Of a stretch of DNA of 12,411 nt, positions 9,290 to 12,411 are shown one piece after another. The translations under genes were made by a program, and so were the position numbers. This stretch comes from Octopus sinensis (lineage: Eukaryota). The first letter of the stretch is position 1; every line of letters starts with the position of its first letter. A model generated the notes under the pieces. That model worked only from the letters and a program-made list of their open reading frames with translations. It was not told where the DNA came from and did no database searches. The stretch covers positions 1-12,411 of the forward strand of contig NW_021826603.1 in NCBI RefSeq assembly GCF_006345805.1, written 5' to 3'.

Positions 9290-10009
9290 CAGGGGGTCTT
9301 TTCTAAAGTCAGAACAGTCCTTCCCGGGGTCCATCAGGGCTCTGTGCTGAGTCCCACGTTTTTTAATGTCTTTATTGCATCTGCGCCCATGCCAGTCAAT
9401 GCTCGTACTGAAATGGTAATTTATATGCAGACGACATCATCCTCTGGGATCACTCGATGAAACCTGAGTGTGCGTGTCGTAGGCTACAGTTGCTGTGGAT
9501 GGACTTGTAAACTGGTGTGGAGTAGGGGTCTAAAGATGCGTGCGGATAAGTGCAGTGTTTCTCAAAGTCTGTAAAAGGACGAGGGGTTACACTAATTACG
9601 CTCCTAGGTTATTGCTGAACGGTCAGCAATTGCTGCAGTTGATCGGATGACTTATTTGGGCGTGCTCTTTAAGCCGTCCGGTAAGTTTGATGATCACATT
9701 GCACGTACGAAAATGCGTGCAATGCAGCGATTAGGCGCGTTGCGTGCTTTTCGGCTGCAGAGAGGTGCTTGGCTACGTGTGTTTAACGCCATGGTGTTAC
9801 CCGTGTTGACCTATGGTGTACATGCCTGGCACTTCTGTGAGGACCGAGAGAAGTACGTTGACGCGCTCAAGAAAGTCAGAAGACGAGCCATCCGGCTAGC
9901 CCATGGCTTAGGATGGCGAGTGGAGCTCACGGACACCCAGGAATTGTCTCTCAAAGGCCTCCCTGAGGTCTTAGAAAAGATAATGTCTGGGTGGCAGGTA
10001 AGACGGTAA
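9290..10009 (+). pseudogene. Reverse transcriptase domains 4-7 plus thumb region, frameshifted
   Basis: GVHQGSVLSPTFFN (from 9326); YADD (9424-9435, frameshifted relative to the QG motif); AVDGLVNWC..GLK....K; YLGV (9653-9664); VFNAMVLPVLTYGVHAW; RRAIRLAHG. Stop TAA at 10007-10009. Confidence 0.92.
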
Positions 10010-10133
10010 GTCTCAGTTTGCGGCTGAGAGGCGAGCGTGTGTGCGGACTGAAAAGGCAGAAATGCCGAAGGTCTTAATTATACCCTCACAAACAGCCTTT
10101 TATTTTAAAATAAAATTTTTCCTCCAATTTCCT

Positions 10134-12411
10134 TTGAGATTATGTAATAAATTATGTAATAAATTGCGTAATATATAATGCTATTTGGGGAGTTCCTAAG
10201 ATTTAGTGATACGAGGGTACTTGAGATTATGTAATAGATTGCGTCATATATTCCGTAATATATTATGCAATTTGGGGAAGTCTCTAGATTTAAGTATATG
10301 AGGGTACTTGAGATTATGAAATAAATAGCGAAATAAATTGCGTAATATAATGCTATTTGGGGAGTTCCCTAGATTTAGTGATACGAGGGTGGTTGAGATT
10401 ATGTAATAAATTATGTAATAAATTGCGTAATACATAATGCTATTTGGGGAGTTCCCAAGATTTAGTGATACGAGGGTACTTGAGATTATGTAATAGATTG
10501 CGTCATATATTGCGTAATATATTATGCAATTTGTGGAAGTCTCTAGATTTAAGTATATGAGGGTACTTAAGATTATGAAATAAATAGCGAAATAAATTGC
10601 GTAATATAATGCTATTTGGGGAGTTCCCTAGATTTAGTGATACGAGGGTGGTTGAGATTATGTAATAAATTATGTAATAAATTGCGTAATACATAATGCT
10701 ATTTGGGGAGTTCCCAAGATTTAGTGATACGAGGGTACTTGAGATTATGTAATAGATTGCGTCATATATTGCGTAATATATTATGCAATTTGTGGAAGTC
10801 TCTAGATTTAAGTATATGAGGGTACTTAAGATTATGAAATAAATAGCGAAATAAATTGCGTAATATAATGCAATTTGGGGAGTTCCCTAGATGTAAGATA
10901 CGAGGGTGGTTGAGATATGTAATAAATTGCGTAATAAATTGCGTAATACATATGCTATTTGGGGAGTTCCCAAGATTTGTGATACGAGGGTACTTGAGAT
11001 TATGTAATAGATTGCGTAATATATTGCGTAATATATTATGCAATTTGTGGAGTCTCTAGATTTAAGATATGAAGGTACTACTTGATTATGTAGGATTGCG
11101 TAATAAGTTGCGTAATATATTATGCAATTTTGGGAGGTGCCAAGATGTGAAGATATGAGGATACTTGAGATTATATAATAGATTGCGTAATAAATTAGGT
11201 AATATATTATGTAATTTGGAGAGGTCCCTTGATGTGAAGATACGAGGGTACTTGAGATTATGTAATAGATTGCGTAATAAATTGCGTAATATATTATGTA
11301 ATTTGGAGAGGTCCCTTGATGTGAAGATACGAGGGTACTTGAGATTATGTAATAGATTGCGTAATAAATTGCGTAATATATTATGCAATTTTGAGATTTA
11401 TGTATATGAGGGTACTTGAGATTATGTAATAGATTGCGTAATAAATTGCGTAATATATTATGTAATTTGGAGTGGTCCCTTGATGTAAAGATACGAGGCT
11501 ACTTGAGATTATGTAATAGATTGCGTAATAAATTGCGTAATATATTATTCAATTTTTGGGAGGTGCCAAGATGTGAAGATACGAGGGTACTTGAATTATG
11601 TAATAGATTGCGTAATATATTATGCAATTTTGGGAGTGCCAGATGTGAAGATACGAGGGTACTTGAGATTATGTAATAGATTGCGTAATTATTATGCATT
11701 TTGGAGGTGCCAAGATTTAGTGATACGAGGGTACTTGAGATTATGTAATAGATTGCGTCATATATTGCGTAATATATTTTGTAATTTGTGAAAGTCTCTA
11801 GATTTATGTATATGAGGGTACTTGAGATTATGTAATAGATTGCGTAATAAATTGCGTAATATAATATGCAATTTTGGGAGGTGCCAAGATGTGAAGATAC
11901 GAGGGTACTTGAGATTATGTAATAGATTGCGTAATAAATTGCGTAATATATTATGTAATTTGGAGTGGTCCCTTGATGTGAAGATACGAGGCTACTTGAG
12001 ATTATGTAATAGATTGCGTAATAAATTGCGTAATATATTATGCAATTTTGGGAGGTGCCAAGATGTGAAGATACGAGGGTACTTGAATTATGTAATAGAT
12101 TGCGTAATATATTATGCAATTTTGGGAGGTGCCAAGATGTGAAGATACGAGGGTACTTGAGATTATGTAATAGATTGCGTAATAAATTGCGTAATATATT
12201 ATGCAATTTGTGGAAGTTTCTAGATTTTATATATGAGGGTACTTGAGATTATGTAATAGATTGCGTAATAAATTGCGTATATATAATGCTATTTGAGGAG
12301 TTCCTAAGATTAGTGATACGAGGGTACTTGAGATTATGTAATAGATTGCGTCATATATTCCGTAATATATTATGCAATTTGGGGAAGTCTCTAGATTTAA
12401 GATATATGGGG
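10134..12411. repeat. AT-rich satellite array, same family (right block, runs off the window end)
   Basis: Resumes at TTGAGATTATGTAATAAATTATG; same monomer variants. Confidence 0.98.
10190..11060. repeat. Second run of the three-monomer higher-order repeat (about 259 bp)
   Basis: Same variant cycle as 878-1740; equivalent anchors at 10450 and 10709. Confidence 0.85.

Larger units (their letters stand above)
8494..10133 (+). mobile_element. Defective APE-type non-LTR retrotransposon with N-terminal 2A motif (Ingi/Vingi-like layout, clade not certain); boundaries approximate
   Basis: Colinear motifs across many frameshifts: 2A (8641-8664), APE motifs, RT motifs, post-RT thumb region, stop at 10009, then about 120 bp of unique sequence before the satellite. 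No ORF1 and no RNase H recognisable. Confidence 0.9.

Noticed and set aside
8478-9334. Minus-strand ORFs 8478-8699, 8554-8850, 9022-9216 and 9134-9334
   Set aside because: They are antisense shadows of the APE/RT remnants; all recognisable motifs are on the plus strand.
25-12246. Repetitive ORFs in the satellite (LCNRLRNKLRN..., LHNILRNLLRN..., IYYAIYYAIYY...), superficially LRR-like or membrane-like
   Set aside because: They appear on both strands and in several frames because 87, 75 and 12 are multiples of 3. Recurrent frame-breaking monomers (TTGAATT variant, shortened monomer) and stops are fixed across HOR copies.
1-12411. CRISPR array (constant core alternating with a variable segment)
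   Set aside because: The variable segments are a handful of mutually homologous variants that recur in order, not unique spacers. There are no cas genes, and the inserted elements are eukaryotic.

Overview
Eukaryotic (probably invertebrate, not assignable from sequence) AT-rich satellite array. About 9.8 kb (roughly 115 monomers) is one tandem repeat family with an 87-bp consensus (GAGGGTACTTGAG-ATTATGTAATAG-ATTGCGTAATAA-ATTGCGTAATAT-ATTATGCAATTT-TGGGAGGTGCCAAGATGTGAAGATAC), a 75-bp variant lacking one 12-bp subrepeat, and multi-level higher-order structure. Two non-satellite islands interrupt it. (1) About 4039-4316 is a 5'-truncated, poly(A)-tailed non-LTR retrotransposon encoding the C-terminus of a CRE-clade restriction-like endonuclease. 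(2) About 7792-10133 is a composite of an internally deleted hAT (Buster/SPIN/GTF2IRD2-like) transposase on the minus strand, head-to-head with an internally deleted, frameshifted APE-RT non-LTR retrotransposon that starts with a virus-like 2A motif (DVEQNPGP; Ingi/Vingi-like layout). No intact host gene is supported; the ORFs called inside the satellite are artefacts of the 87/75-bp period. The least explained signal is the satellite monomer itself, which is built from four phased 10-bp bZIP-type pseudo-palindromes and a 26-bp dyad, with a kappaB-like site in one subfamily.
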